Shown here piece by piece: positions 51,855 to 64,000 of a stretch of DNA of 64,000 bases; position 1 is the stretch's first letter, and each line of letters begins with the position of its first letter. The notes beneath the pieces were generated by a model. The model saw nothing but the letters and a program-made list of their open reading frames with translations, was not told the DNA's origin and ran no database searches. A program made the position numbers and the translations under genes. Where the stretch lies: positions 190,048,280 to 190,112,279 of the forward strand of contig NC_068982.1 in NCBI RefSeq assembly GCF_001194135.2. Reading direction: 5' to 3'. Origin of the DNA: Octopus bimaculoides (taxonomy: Eukaryota).

Positions 51855-52948
51855 GGCAACCAGATGAAACTGTACCGAAACTTCTCAGATTTTCATTGTA
51901 AAACCAACTTGTGATGTAACCACTTTCATCAGAGCTGGAAAAAAGAAAAAAAAAAAGAGATATTTAAAACAAGTATTAATGGGAATATAAGGAGAGAGAG
52001 AGAGAGGGAGAGAGCTGCTTGGGTCAGGAAGTGAGTCAACAACATTACGATCAGGAGTCAAATACTTCAACCACAAGGTCCCGTCCCTTCGTAACAAAGA
52101 CGCAAGAAAAGCAGACAGGGACCTTTCTGCCCTCAGGGAAAAGGCTTTGCTTGATACTTAGAAAAGGGCCAATTAGATATCCCACATGGCTAGCTTAATT
52201 GGCACTCCATCAGTTGTGACAATGTGGGTTCCAATTGATTCAACCAACAGAACAGCCTGCTCATGAAATTAACATGTAAGTGGCTGAGTACTCCACAGAC
52301 ATACATACCCTTAATGTGGTTCTCAGCGAGATACAGTGTGACACAGAATGCAACAAGGCTGACCCCTTTGAATTACAGGTAGTCCTTATTTTTGCCATCT
52401 GAGTAGACTGGGATAACATGAGACAGAGTGTCTTGCTCAAGGACACGACACACAAGTGGAAATTGAACTCACAACCTCATGATTGTAAACCAAATATCGT
52501 AAGAACGAAGCCAGAGGCCTTCACTGCTTAATTCAAAGTATGGTCACATGAGGGGCAGTAGAATCAAAACAGGGATTTCATGTGGCAGATGCACAAGAAT
52601 TGTAAACCAAGGAACACACAGGAAACAGTTTCTCAAATGGCCTGAAGGATTCTTGCAGGTAAGAGATAGTTCCTGTTACCTAGGTAACTGATTTAGCATC
52701 GAAGAGGATGTTCTGAAAGCATATTAGCCAAAGTAAAAAAAAAAAAAGCTGAAGAAAGTCCAAGGAGCTGTTACCTATCATCATCATCATCATCTGATGT
52801 CCATGTGCTGTGCTGGTATAGGTTGGACAGTAGGACGGGTTCCGTTGGGACCAAGAACTGCACCATAGTCCAATGTCTGCTTTGGTATGGCTTCTATGGC
52901 AGGATCTCTTTTTGAGCCAACCATTTTGCAGTGTAGAGTGGTTGTGCT

Positions 52949-53287
52949 GTGAAGGCGCATGGCTCAGTGGTTAGAGCGTCAAGCTTACGATCATGAGGTT
53001 GTGAGTACGAATCCCAGACCGGGCTGCGCATTGTGTTCTTGAGCAAGACACTTTATTTCACGTTGCTCCAGTTCACTCAGCTGTAGAAATGAGTTGTGAC
53101 GTCACAGGTGCCAAGCTGTATCGGCCCCTTTGCTTTTCACTTGAATAACATCGATGGCTTGGAGAGGGGAGGCTGTTATGCATGGGCGACTGCTGGTCTT
53201 CTATAAATAACCTTGCCTGGAATTGTGCCAGGGAGGGTAACTTTCTAGGTGCAATCCCATGGTCAGTCACGACTGAAGGGGGTCTCA
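52949..53287 (+). mobile_element. tRNA-derived SINE family D (Meta-domain-like), full length with 21-bp TSD
   Basis: Head ggcgcatggctcagtggttagagcgtc..cttacga..gagtacgaatccc; core ttgagcaagacactttatttcacgttgctccagttcactcagctg; TSD 52928-52948 / 53288-53308 with one mismatch. Confidence 0.9.
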
Positions 53288-54065
53288 GCAGTGTATAGTG
53301 GTTGTGCTACCAGCACTGGTGAGGTCACCGTGCAGCTTGTAAGACTGGAAACCCTAAGAGGACAGCTTTACACGAGGAGATGAGGAGTAAAAGGAAGAGA
53401 GGAAGGGCCAGGACAGAAGAGGTGTCTTGCAGTAGAGGAGCAGCCATGAGAACATTTTAGAAGAAAGGGGGAGGAATGAATGGGTGGAGGTGGGAAGAAA
53501 TAAGAATAATGATGTTGTGTCAGGGTAGACCTTGATGGTACAAGAGGGTAAGAAACAGGTGGGGACAGAGGAGCAGGATTGTGGGAGGGTGAAGGAGACA
53601 ATGGGGAGAGTGAGAAATGTGGGGGAGGAGAGGTAGGCAACCACTGTTAATTGGTTAGGATTGAAGGTTGGATGATCAATGATGCATGAGTTAAGGGAGG
53701 TAGGGAGAGTAGGAGATGACTGTCAGTGCCAAACAGCAGAATAGGAATGATTATACAGCGGACAAGAGAGGGAGGGAGGGAGAGGGAAATGACATTTAGG
53801 TTTCAGGAAGAGAGAGGCAATGAGTGGGAGGAGGAGGAGGAGGAGGAGGAGGAAAAATAATTTAGCAAATCATTCAGGGTGTGTGTGTGTGTGTGATCAA
53901 TGAGAAGTGTGGGTGGAGAGAACAGTATTAATGAAAGAAGGGTAGGCAATGAGTGAACTGATTCTGGGTAGCAAGAAAACTAAATGGGTGTCAAGGGTGG
54001 TTAGGGTTAGTTTTTAAGGAAATGTTAGCAAAGAGAATGAAAAGCAGATTGTTTGAGGTTTAGAT

Positions 54066-54200
54066 TGCTTGATGATTATGCATGAACTGCAATGCTACAT
54101 GGCAGTGAAATGTGGGCCATGAATGCAGGAGACTTGTGAAGACTAAAAAGAAATGAAACAAGCCTGCCTCCCCTGGATGTTCAATGTCAGTGTGTCTGAA
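54066..54200 (+). mobile_element. Short RTE LINE fragment
   Basis: gcaatgctacatggcagtgaaatgtgggcc... matches the MLHGSETWA segment of the other RTE copies. Confidence 0.7.
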
Positions 54201-54269
54201 TGATGGAGAAGAAAACTGGTAGAAATGAAACGGAAGGATAAAGGCAAATGGGAATTGGGTGCTTCAATA

Positions 54270-54720
54270 TTAGAAAATTACTATTTGCAAATCTCACAAC
54301 GAGAGATATTCAGCAACAGTACTTTGGAGTAAAGATTATTTGCCAACATAACATGGCAGTCCTGGTTTAGGTTGAATGTTGCTGTAATTTAGCCCCAGGA
54401 GACATTGTCTCCAGCTGGCTGTACGACACGATCTGTGGCATTATATTTTCGAAATAGGGAATCTAGCACCCCCACTCAGCTGAAAACAATATCTGTGTAT
54501 CGCGATTTCTGGGTTATTTCCCTTCATCAGAATAGAATAATTGTTCGGCTAGAGGTGGCGCTGCCAAATTCCCATTCAAAATATAGAGTTTTCAAAGTGA
54601 CAACTAGTCACTGATTTATAAATTAGAAAATTACTATTTTTAAATCTCACAACGAGAGATATTAGCAACAGTACTTTTGGAGTAAAGATTGTTATGTTGG
54701 CAAACAATCTTTACTTCAAT
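54270..54720. mobile_element. Two adjacent partial copies of the same long-TIR MITE
   Basis: Both begin tagaaaattactattt..aaatctcacaacgagagatat; the second is collapsed to TIR-TIR. Confidence 0.75.
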
Positions 54721-54747
54721 ATTAGTGTCAGGAACGTGACATAGCAA

Positions 54748-54786
<39 letters not shown>

Positions 54787-56199
54787 AGGTGCAACGCCTG
54801 AGATTTTAGGAAAGAGGTTTAATTGATTACTGCAGACTTTGGCAAAATTTGAATTGAGAATATAAAACCAGAAGACACAGCACTAACCATTTTGCCTCAT
54901 GATTCACCTCAGCTTAATTGTATTTTACTAAATTCTTTATTATTTTTCAAAACCAAAGGTGGTTTATTTCAACAGATATGGTAATACAAAAAAAAAAGGT
55001 TAAATTAATTATTACCTCTAACAAAATCTTCATTAACTTCATAAAGCTGCTTCAACATAATGTTAAACTCTTTAGTTTTTAATGATCCCAAGATGAAGAA
55101 TGCTCAGTGGAATATTTTAGTGTATGCTTAATCAGAATCAATCTCGTTATCAGCTGAGATAGTTTGTGTTCTTGCAATTACCCATTCATCATTTAATTTT
55201 TTTCTGGGGTCATTAAAGATTAGAATTAAGGATGAAAACCAGGTCAGTGATAAAGAAACAGAGATATCAAGAAAGCTGAGTGTATTTGCTGTTGTTGTTG
55301 TTGGGAAAAATTAGCCAACAACAGGTTTTCTAGAACAAATTTGTGTCAGCCAGAGTTTTTAAATCAAAACATTTAAGAGCAACTCTTTCTTCTTACTCTC
55401 TTCTATTAAACGGTTGTAGCCATGCAATTCCTCCACAGCAAGAAACATCTTCTGGTGCCTTCTTTCATCATTTTAATCTCTTGTCACCCAGCATAAAGTC
55501 ACCTTCCTCTCTGCTGTGGCCCAACTTAATCAAATAAAATCTTAATCTTGCAAACTGTTTTGTCCGGAACCCTTCTTTCCTATATGAACCCCTAATATCT
55601 GATTATAAAGCAACCTCCCTCTCTCAACTGTAGACCCACTATGTTGAAAGGGGTCTTAATCTGGGCAAACAATGCAATCATTACGCAACATGCTGTGCTT
55701 GTGAAGACCTGTTGAACTAAGTGAAATTGTAGCCACGGCCAATGCCAGTGCTATCTGACTGACACTTTGTTGCTGGTGGCGTGTAAACAGCACCATTCGA
55801 GCATTGGGCCTCATGGAGGCAGTGAGAGGTGACCAAGACCCTTGGTGATATACCATGCTTGTGTTGACCTGTCAAGCCAAGTGAGACTGTAGTCATGGCC
55901 GGTGCCAGGGTCAGGTCAATGGCAACTGTGCCAGTGGCACGCAAAGAGCACCGACTACACTCTCGGAATTGTTGGCGTTAGGAAGGGAATCCAGCCATAG
56001 AAACCTTGCCAAATCAAAATAGAACCTTGTGCAACCCCCCCCCCTCCCCCGGCTTACCAGTTCTCAGTCAAACAGTCCAACCCATGCCAGCATGGAAAGC
56101 AGACATTAAACAATGATGATGATTCAATCCTGTCAACTGTCCAACCCATGCCAGCATGGAAGATGGACAATGATGATGATGATATGTCAATCTGTAGAT

Positions 56200-56340
56200 C
56201 TTACTTAATGTGGAAAAGACTAAGAGAAAGCCTGATAAACTGTGGTATTTGTCTTGAGAAAGCATCCTGTAGAGATGTATAGTGCCAGAAAGGCCCAGAA
56301 GTATCAGTAACACATGTAAAATGTCCAGCACCAGTGGTAG
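56200..56340 (-). mobile_element. Possible highly degenerate piggyBac-like transposase trace
   Basis: LLILLG...MLSQDKYHSLSGFLLVFS loosely resembles piggyBac LLILMG...MSRxRFxxIxRFLHF; weak visual match only. Confidence 0.25.
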
Positions 56341-58619
56341 GACTGCTGGATCACATGACTTCTGTGAAATTGTGTGTCACCAGAAATATATTTAAGATTC
56401 ACTTCAATTATGGAAGAGCTTCATCCTGTGTGTTCTTTGTCTTGGAATTACCAGCAAAAATGTTTCTTTTTCAAAATGGTTCCAGTCATAAAACTGAGGA
56501 TTTGGTTTGTTCCCAGTTTGGGTCTTGTATAGGATGTTGATAAGCCACAAAAATGGCAAAATATTGGTATCCATTGCTCCTGGATGGGACTCGGGGTCAG
56601 TTGTCTCACCTATCTATGAGTTTCAGGTGTTTTAACCCCCAGTGCGATGAGGAGGGAGTCATCCCCAGAGTCCTGCACTGCAACAAACCAGCAAAACACA
56701 TACATTGAGTATGTGGGGTTGATAATGTTTACAACACTTGTACTGCTTTTAATTTATAATTCATCATCATCGTTTAACATCCGTTTTCCATGCTGGCATG
56801 GGTTGGATGGCTTGACTGAGTTCTGGAGAGCCAGTGGCTGCACCAGGCTCCAATCTGATCTGGCAATGTTTCTACAGTTAGATGCCCTTCCTAATGTCAA
56901 GGACTCCGAGAGTGTAGTGGGTGCTTTTTACATGCCACTGGCACAGGAACCAGTCAGGTGGGCCTGGCATCAATCACGTTTAGATAGTGCTTTTTACGTG
57001 CCACTGGCATGGGGGTGTGTTTGGATACACACACACACACACATATATATATATAATAAATCCAAAAAAGAACAAATGCAAAAAACACAACAATGCGAAG
57101 ACGTGGTACATACATATATATATATCAAGCGAAGTAAAATCACAGTTGTGGAAGATACTGGTGTCATGCAAATGGCACTTGTGCTGGTGGCACATAAATG
57201 CACCCTTTACACTCTCAGAGTGGTTGGTGCTAGGAAGGGCATCCAGCCATAGAAAACCATGCCAGATCAGACTGGAGTCTGGTGCAGCCTTCCAGCTTGT
57301 CAGGCCTGGTCAAACTGTCCAACCCATGCCAGCATGGACAATGGACATTAAATGATGATGATAATGATGATTATATGTAACTAATAGGCAGTTTGTCCAT
57401 TACAATGATGCGTGTTCCAGTTGAGCCAATAACGGATCAGCTTGCTCATGAAATTAACATTCAAGTGACTGAGTACTCCACACACACACACATGTACCCT
57501 TAATGTAGTTCTTGGGGAGATTCAGCATGACACAGAGTGTGACAAGGTTGGCCCCTTTGAAATACAGGTACAACTCATTTTTGCCAGCTGAGTGGACTGG
57601 AGTAACATGATATAAAGTGTCTTGCTCAAGGACACAGTGCGTTGCCGGGAATTGAACTCACGACCTTACGATCGTGAACCACATACCCCTAACCACTAAA
57701 CCATGAGCCTTCATGCATGTAAACATATTTCATCTTTTACTTGTTTCAGCCATTACACCGTGGCCATGCTGGGGCACTGCCTTGAAGAGATTTTAGTCGA
57801 AAGAAATGACCCCAGAACGTTTTTTTTATTTAAGCCTGGTACTTAAATTGGTCAATTCTAAACAAGCCAAGACCAGTTGCAGAGTGGGGGGTGGGAGACA
57901 CACACACACACATATGACTAGCTATATAAGACCCAAGGACTGAGGTGTAGGAAGGAAGTCAGCTTCAAGCAATCCATAGTAAATATAAAAAACAACTTTC
58001 AGAGACAAAAAGGGTTTACTGAGACGGAAGGTTGTGGAATATGACAAGCTTCTTTCAGTTTCCGTCTACCAAGTTCACTGGCCAGGCTTCGGTCAGCACA
58101 AGGCTACAGTAGAAGACAACTGCACAGGGGGGCCACACAATGGGACTGAAGAACTGAGCCCTGAACCATGTGGTTGGGGAGCAAACTTCTTACCACACAG
58201 CTATACCTGCACCTATCTACATATATAAACATTAAGGGAAGGTCTTGTATTCATGGCCTTTGCAGGTCCCCCAAAACAGATGTCATTGTGGAAATTCCAG
58301 AGGGCCAATTCCTTAAAGAGACACAAACAAAATCACCCAGTACCATTTGTAAGAAAGCTAATGGTAGTGCCCCAGTATGGCGAGAGCTCTTGAGCTGAAA
58401 CTAGTTCGAGTTAATGGTCTCTTCTAGTGATTACATACAAAGGGCATACACAGTTGCAGGAGAAAGTGGAGAGAAAGAGATTGGAAGTGATGGCAATCAT
58501 TCCTTTCCCCAAAGATGTTTGTAGCAAAAGTAAAGCATAGAGGAGCTTCAAGTTGTAGTTAGGGGCTTTTCTCTTCTTCTAACAATTGCTATGAGGAAAT
58601 GAGGGAACCTTTGTGTGGT

Positions 58620-61100
58620 CATTTGTCTTCATCATCAACATCATCATTTAACATCCGCTTTCCATGCTGGCATGGGTTGGACAGTCTGATTTGGAGTTGG
58701 CCAGCAGGGAGCTGTCCAGACTCCAACTGTCTGTTGTGACACAGTTCTATGGTTGGATGCCCTTCCTGATGCCAACCACTTAGCAGAGTGTGCTGGGTGC
58801 TGCTTAAGTGGCACCTGCAAAAGACAAGCCTGGATGGATGGACGGCAGGGATTTTACTTGGCTTTATGCATCTTCTCAAGTACAGTAGATCACCACAACT
58901 CCCGGTCCCTTGTCATTTCCTAAGTGAGGCCCAAGATCTGAACTTCCTTTCTCACCACTTCAACCCATGTCTTCCTGGGTATACCTCATGTTCAGGTTCC
59001 CTCCACAATTAGAGATTGGCACTTCCTTAATGCAGCTATCCTCATCCATATGCATCACATGACCAAACCAGTACAGTCTTGCTTCTTATACCCAGTTTTC
59101 CTCTTAAATCATTCACACTCTGTCGTGCATGCACACTGACATTACCCATCCAAGTGGAACATGCTGGCCTCGTTTCTTTAAAGCCTTCACAAGTCCTCTG
59201 TAGTCAAAGCCCATGTTTTACTGCCATGCAACATAGCTGTACGTACACAGGCATCATACAATCTGCCTTTCACTCTGGAGGAGATAAGCCCTTAGTTACC
59301 AACACAGGCAGAAGCTCTCTGAACTTTGCCCAGCCTGTTCTTATTCTAACAACTATGTGTCCAGAACTTCTTCCTCTACTGCTGCTAACTTGGTCTCCTA
59401 GGTAACAGAAGCTATCTACTACTTCTAAAGCCCTACCCTCACCCCCCGAGCATTTGAGGGAACCTATTGTCTGTGCATTTTTAGTGCTTATTATACCTGC
59501 ACATTTACCACACACAAAGACTATTTTCTCTGTTAACCTTCCTTTGATGCCACTACACCTCTTACGTGTCCAAAGCTTGCACTGGATACAACATATGGAG
59601 TTTCTACCAACTCCCTTCTTGCCTATTGAGCAGAGTCCAGAAAGGATTTGTGATTTGTCTGTTTTCCTACTTACTAGGATTATGGTTTTTGCCCAATGAA
59701 CCCTAAGGTCCTTAGATTCCAGACTTTATTTCCTCACCTGAAATGTCTTCTTTAGGTCAGGTAGTGATTCAGCTATAAGAACAAGGTCATCAGTGTAGTG
59801 GAGGTCTCAGGGACAGCCAGACTTGAATTCCTCTGTTAAGGCCTGGAGGACTAAGGAGGCTGAGAACAGAACCTTGGTGAACTCCTGCCTGTACACTGAA
59901 TTCATTGCTATACTCATTGCCATCCTTCACCTTACTGGCAGCATCCCTGTACATGGCTTGTACTGCTCTTACTAAACCACTCATCTATCTCTAGCTTCCA
60001 CATTGACCACCAGATAAGGGAGCAAGAGACCTTGTCATTTGACTAAATATTTCTACTGAAGTTGCCTAACCAAGAATATAGCATCATTCATGCTCCAGCC
60101 TGGCACAAATCCAAACTGCATCTCATCCACACTAATTCTTTCCCTAATTAATTGAGCTATGACCATTTCTATGACTTTCATCACCTGATCCAGCAATTTG
60201 ATGCCTCTATAATTATTCCTGCCAACAGCATCACCTTTACCTTTGTAGCAGTTGACTACGATGCTGCTACACCAATCGTTGGGTGAGACTCTTGGGTACA
60301 ACCTTATTAACAATACAGGTGACTAGGCCATATCCTACTCTACCAGATATTTTAAGTATCTCAACAGTGGTTCCTGATGGGCCAGGGGCTTTTCCTGACT
60401 TCATATCCTTAATTGCTTTATCTACAAAGCTACTATTGATCTTGATAGCTGGTCCTTCAGTCGGGTCTACGTTTGTCAGTCTCACCTTCTCTCATTCATT
60501 CTTCACATTAAGCAGCCTTTCATAATGGCATTTCCAAGCCTCTTTCTTTCTAGGATCATTAAATGCAAGTGAACCATCATCCATGCAGACACATTTCTCT
60601 CCTATGACATCACAATTTTCTCTCACACATGTATTTTGCAATCCCAAACACTTCAAGTCTCTGGTCCTCACATCACTAAACATAGGCAAACTCCTTTTCT
60701 GCTTCTCACCTGGCTAAATATACCTGTCTCCTAGCTTCCGTTCTGGTGATCTGATACAGTTCCCTGCAACCCCCACTCTTCCAATCCTTCCAGGTCTGTT
60801 TTTTTCTCTCTAATGACCCTGTCAACTACACTATTCCACCACTGTCACCTTAGGTCAAGAAGGGACTTTGCACCAACCACAGATTCGGTCAGTTGTCCTG
60901 CAAGAACCTCCAGTTTTCCTCCACGTTATATGTCTCTATATCCTCCTTTTTTTTTTTTTCGTTAAATGCTTCAAGTAACAAGTCTCTAAATCGTTGACCA
61001 TTCGGAGGATCCTTAAGTTTCCAGATCTTTCTTTTCCACCCTGGTTGTCTTAAACGAAATCACCATCAAACCACATTAGTTTATGTAGATACACTCCCCT
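58620..61100 (-). mobile_element. Longest RTE-clade LINE relic (~2.5 kb: linker, RT region, C-terminus, 3'UTR)
   Basis: WKRKIWKLKDP linker; AIKDMKSGKAPGPSG; YKGKGDA..NNYRGIKLLDQVMKV; QFGFVPG; GVHQGSVLS; VVDSFCYLGD; many stops and frameshifts. Confidence 0.93.
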
Positions 61101-61229
61101 CAAAAGAGATAGGATGGTCACATCTGGAATGCTTTGATCAGATGTTTGCTGAGCAATGTTATTAACATAGCTGAGGAATATATGACTGGTGATTCGGAAT
61201 TTATTTAAAGAGGGACCAGATGCAAGTAG

Positions 61230-62251
61230 GGACCGTCATTGGTAAGACAGGCGTAGGGATTACTCAGATTTATATTATCAAACAAAAACCAATACACACA
61301 CGCGCGCTTATATTTAAATAGTACAAATTTTCGTATTGCCAAAATAAAAGCTATTTAAGGTGAACTGGCCCCTGTTTCTGTTCCAGCTGTAGTTATTTCC
61401 CTTCCCTCCTTATTTAGCCTATGTCTATCGAAGAAAATATGCAAGTGGCTGATGTCAAGAGGCTTAATTACTTAATTTGCCAGGTAATGTTGATAATGAA
61501 TAAAAGAAAAACTACTTAATGTCTGTTTCTCTGTAAATATCTATTCAATTATCTGTGAATTAAACAGCTTATCGGGGGCTGTTTATTAATTTATTTTCAA
61601 ATGATGAGGTGAGTTCTCGGGCGAACCAAATCGATAGCTTGTTATTCGATTTACAGATCAGAACCGACTGTCTCACGTTATAATGCCCTTGATTAAAAGT
61701 CGTGGATGACCTCACCCAGAGACTCGCTGAGGTCACTGAAGCGTCACGTATTGAACATTAATTAGTTAGGTTCGCCATGCCGTTCTTCAATGACTGCACG
61801 AGATTACTAGTAAAACTGACAGACAAAATAACTTGACGGATTCAATTATGCCCTTTTACTTTCTAGGTTCAAACCCCACTGATGTCGACTTAACAGTTTT
61901 TCCTTTGGGGTTAATAAAACAATAGTAATCTACGAAAGTCGATTTAATTCACATACCTTCCTCCTTTTATTTCTATAAATTTGTAGCAGTGTAGAAAATT
62001 GTTCTTATATTTCGGTAACAGTGCCTTACCGAAAACTGCGCCTTGGGAATGGTTCATGCTACATTTTGAACAATAACATATGTTGTTTTTTTTTTGTTTT
62101 TTTAACTCTTTTCAAATAATTACTTTTCTTTAAATTACGAACATGTTTTCTGTTAAAAATTTTAATGTACCCACATTTATGTTCCTATCGAAATACATAC
62201 AGGAGATGAAGTAATTTGTGTGTGTGTGTGTGTGTATGTATATGTATATAC

Positions 62252-62304
<53 letters not shown>

Positions 62305-63830
62305 TTTAGAACAAGTATTTAACAAGTAAAAAAATAAACGTAGCGATACAATAAGGTATATCTGTATGTTCGGTTGTCATTCTGGTTTCTATATTTCTTC
62401 GTACACCCGTCATTAATCATTCATTGTACCGGCTTAATTAGCAGGCATTTATTCTAAGCTTCAGATGAAATATATTTGTTCAATAAATAATGTATTTAAG
62501 TTGCTGTTTTATGACTGGTGTCGTTATAAGTGACACAAACATGTAACAGCAACGTTAAAAAGCAATAACGTCAACATAGGTCTGAGGCTTTGCGCTAAAT
62601 TAAGGAGTCGTAGGAAGGAAATTTAATAGGAAACTATTTATTATTCAAGAAAAATATTTACCTTTGTGCAAAAAATTAAAGAACAAAAGAACAAAATAAA
62701 ATAAAATAAAGATAAAATATCTTGAAGGTAAATTAGAGAATTCGTGCTATGTAACCCTGTGAAGCCGGTATGTTTGGTAAAAACATGTTTGTTCTACTGG
62801 AATTACGGAGAATTGTCTTGAATGGTGCCGTAATATTATTGTAACTAAAATTCTGGGTTTTTTTAAAAATCTTTTTATTGGACTTAAAAACATTGATACT
62901 ATAAAACAGGTCCTTGTTGGGTCCGCAGGGGACTCTCGGATGCCCGAAATAACAGTCAAACTCTATCCTCAAAATCACATCTTTTAGATTAACATAAAAA
63001 ATGAGATATATTGAACAATGTAATCTTGGATATACACAGAGCAGTCACGACTGGAGAGCCTTTGAAAACATAAGCTGATTCAAGGCGAACCTGGGATTAA
63101 ACATCAGAAAGATAAGATTCTAACAGAATATTCATTAACAAAATTAAGGTGTAATGAAGAGAGGGATTGGTGAGGTGAAGAAGATCGAGAAACAATTAAT
63201 CATATAATTCATTAACTAACATAGATAATTACTCATTTTACTTGAGATAAAATCAAATAAAATAATGATCTCGATTCATTTAAATTTCGGCAGGTGTTTT
63301 AACATCAAAGACTTACCTTGATTGATGTTAGACCATGGTTTTTGTTTTTGTTTGTTGTTGGGAAATGTGGCTTCTTTTGGCAGATTAATGTCGACTATTT
63401 CGATATATATTTTTTACAGTGTTAATATCGTAAAAACTATTTATGCAAAAGCTACAGCAACAATAATAATAGCTGCAATAATAAACAATAACAAAGGGGA
63501 CGACGACAATGTGTGTTTGTATGGCAAAGTGCGATAAGAGAAAGCGGTGTTCAACAACAGAGTGTACCTTTTATAGTGATTATCCGGCACAGACACACAG
63601 ATCACTTCTGTTCATTTCATAAGTGATTCAAACATCAATATTTTTATTGTTAAATCATATTTTTTATGAGTTTTATGATTTTATTCGTAATTTTGATGTT
63701 TCAGATTTCTTACAAAGGACGTAGTTTGGCAGACTATAAGTGCCACGCCTATAAATCGGTACACTAATATGCCTGTCCCACCGACTTTGTTTCCTCATAT
63801 CTTTCAGAAAAATGGATATTTTTTAATGAA

Positions 63831-63873
<43 letters not shown>

Positions 63874-64000
63874 GGTGGACATTGGAATTAGACACTGAGG
63901 GAAAATGGCTGTAACTTTTTTATTTTTTAATTTTGGCGATTTTCGTTTTCGATAATGTGTTCTATATGTCACGGTCATGCGATTCCCCCTAAAAAAAATT
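61230..64000. promoter_or_regulatory. Promoter-like, CpG-retaining, SINE-free region upstream of HLCS
   Basis: Visibly more CG dinucleotides and no recognisable SINE over ~2.7 kb, unlike HLCS introns; AAAATGGC (YY1-like) at ~63902; several minus-strand donors (61957, 62030, 62662, 63317). Confidence 0.45.
63317..63420 (-). other. Candidate non-coding first exon of HLCS (5' end uncertain)
   Basis: Perfect donor CAAG|GTAAGT at 63317/63316 in a SINE-free, CpG-containing region; HLCS exon 1 has an upstream acceptor that needs a donor. The link to HLCS is inferred. Confidence 0.45.

Noticed and set aside
52953-53020. tRNA-Val(TAC)-like sequence, also at 34683-34750
   Set aside because: It is a SINE head: it continues into the shared SINE body with a TSD and has no proper acceptor stem.
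61601-61740. Box C/D snoRNA candidate (ATGATGA...CTGA) with a 10-nt complement (ctgtctcacg) to the conserved LSU rRNA CGUGAGACAG
   Set aside because: No terminal stem, and the complementary stretch is not directly upstream of a D or D' box. An Infernal/snoscan search would settle it.
62733-62978. 81-aa minus-strand and 70-aa plus-strand ORFs near the promoter zone
   Set aside because: No recognisable homology or convincing splice boundaries; lengths are compatible with chance.

Overview
AT-rich animal genomic DNA with 11 assembly gaps, dense microsatellites and a SINE/RTE-LINE/MITE landscape typical of an octopus (coleoid cephalopod); the taxon is inferred from repeat character only. The one identifiable gene is holocarboxylase synthetase (HLCS, biotin-protein ligase) on the minus strand. 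Nine coding exons were assembled by hand (51854 down to 31608). All have GT-AG boundaries and compatible phases, giving 712 codons with the KPPNILVY, RQTxGKGRGGNxWLSP and KWPND motifs. The last ~130 aa of the catalytic/C-terminal domain were not found; they lie in an N gap or left of the window. A candidate non-coding first exon and a CpG-retaining promoter-like zone lie at ~61.2-64 kb. The rest is decayed mariner, RTE and CR1/L2 fragments, four SINE families, several foldback MITEs and small unique islands with enhancer-like motif clusters. No prokaryotic-type system, CRISPR array, rRNA or real tRNA gene was seen. Exon coordinates were counted base by base; repeat boundaries are approximate (about +/-20 bp). 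Comparisons to human and Drosophila proteins are from memory and need alignment.
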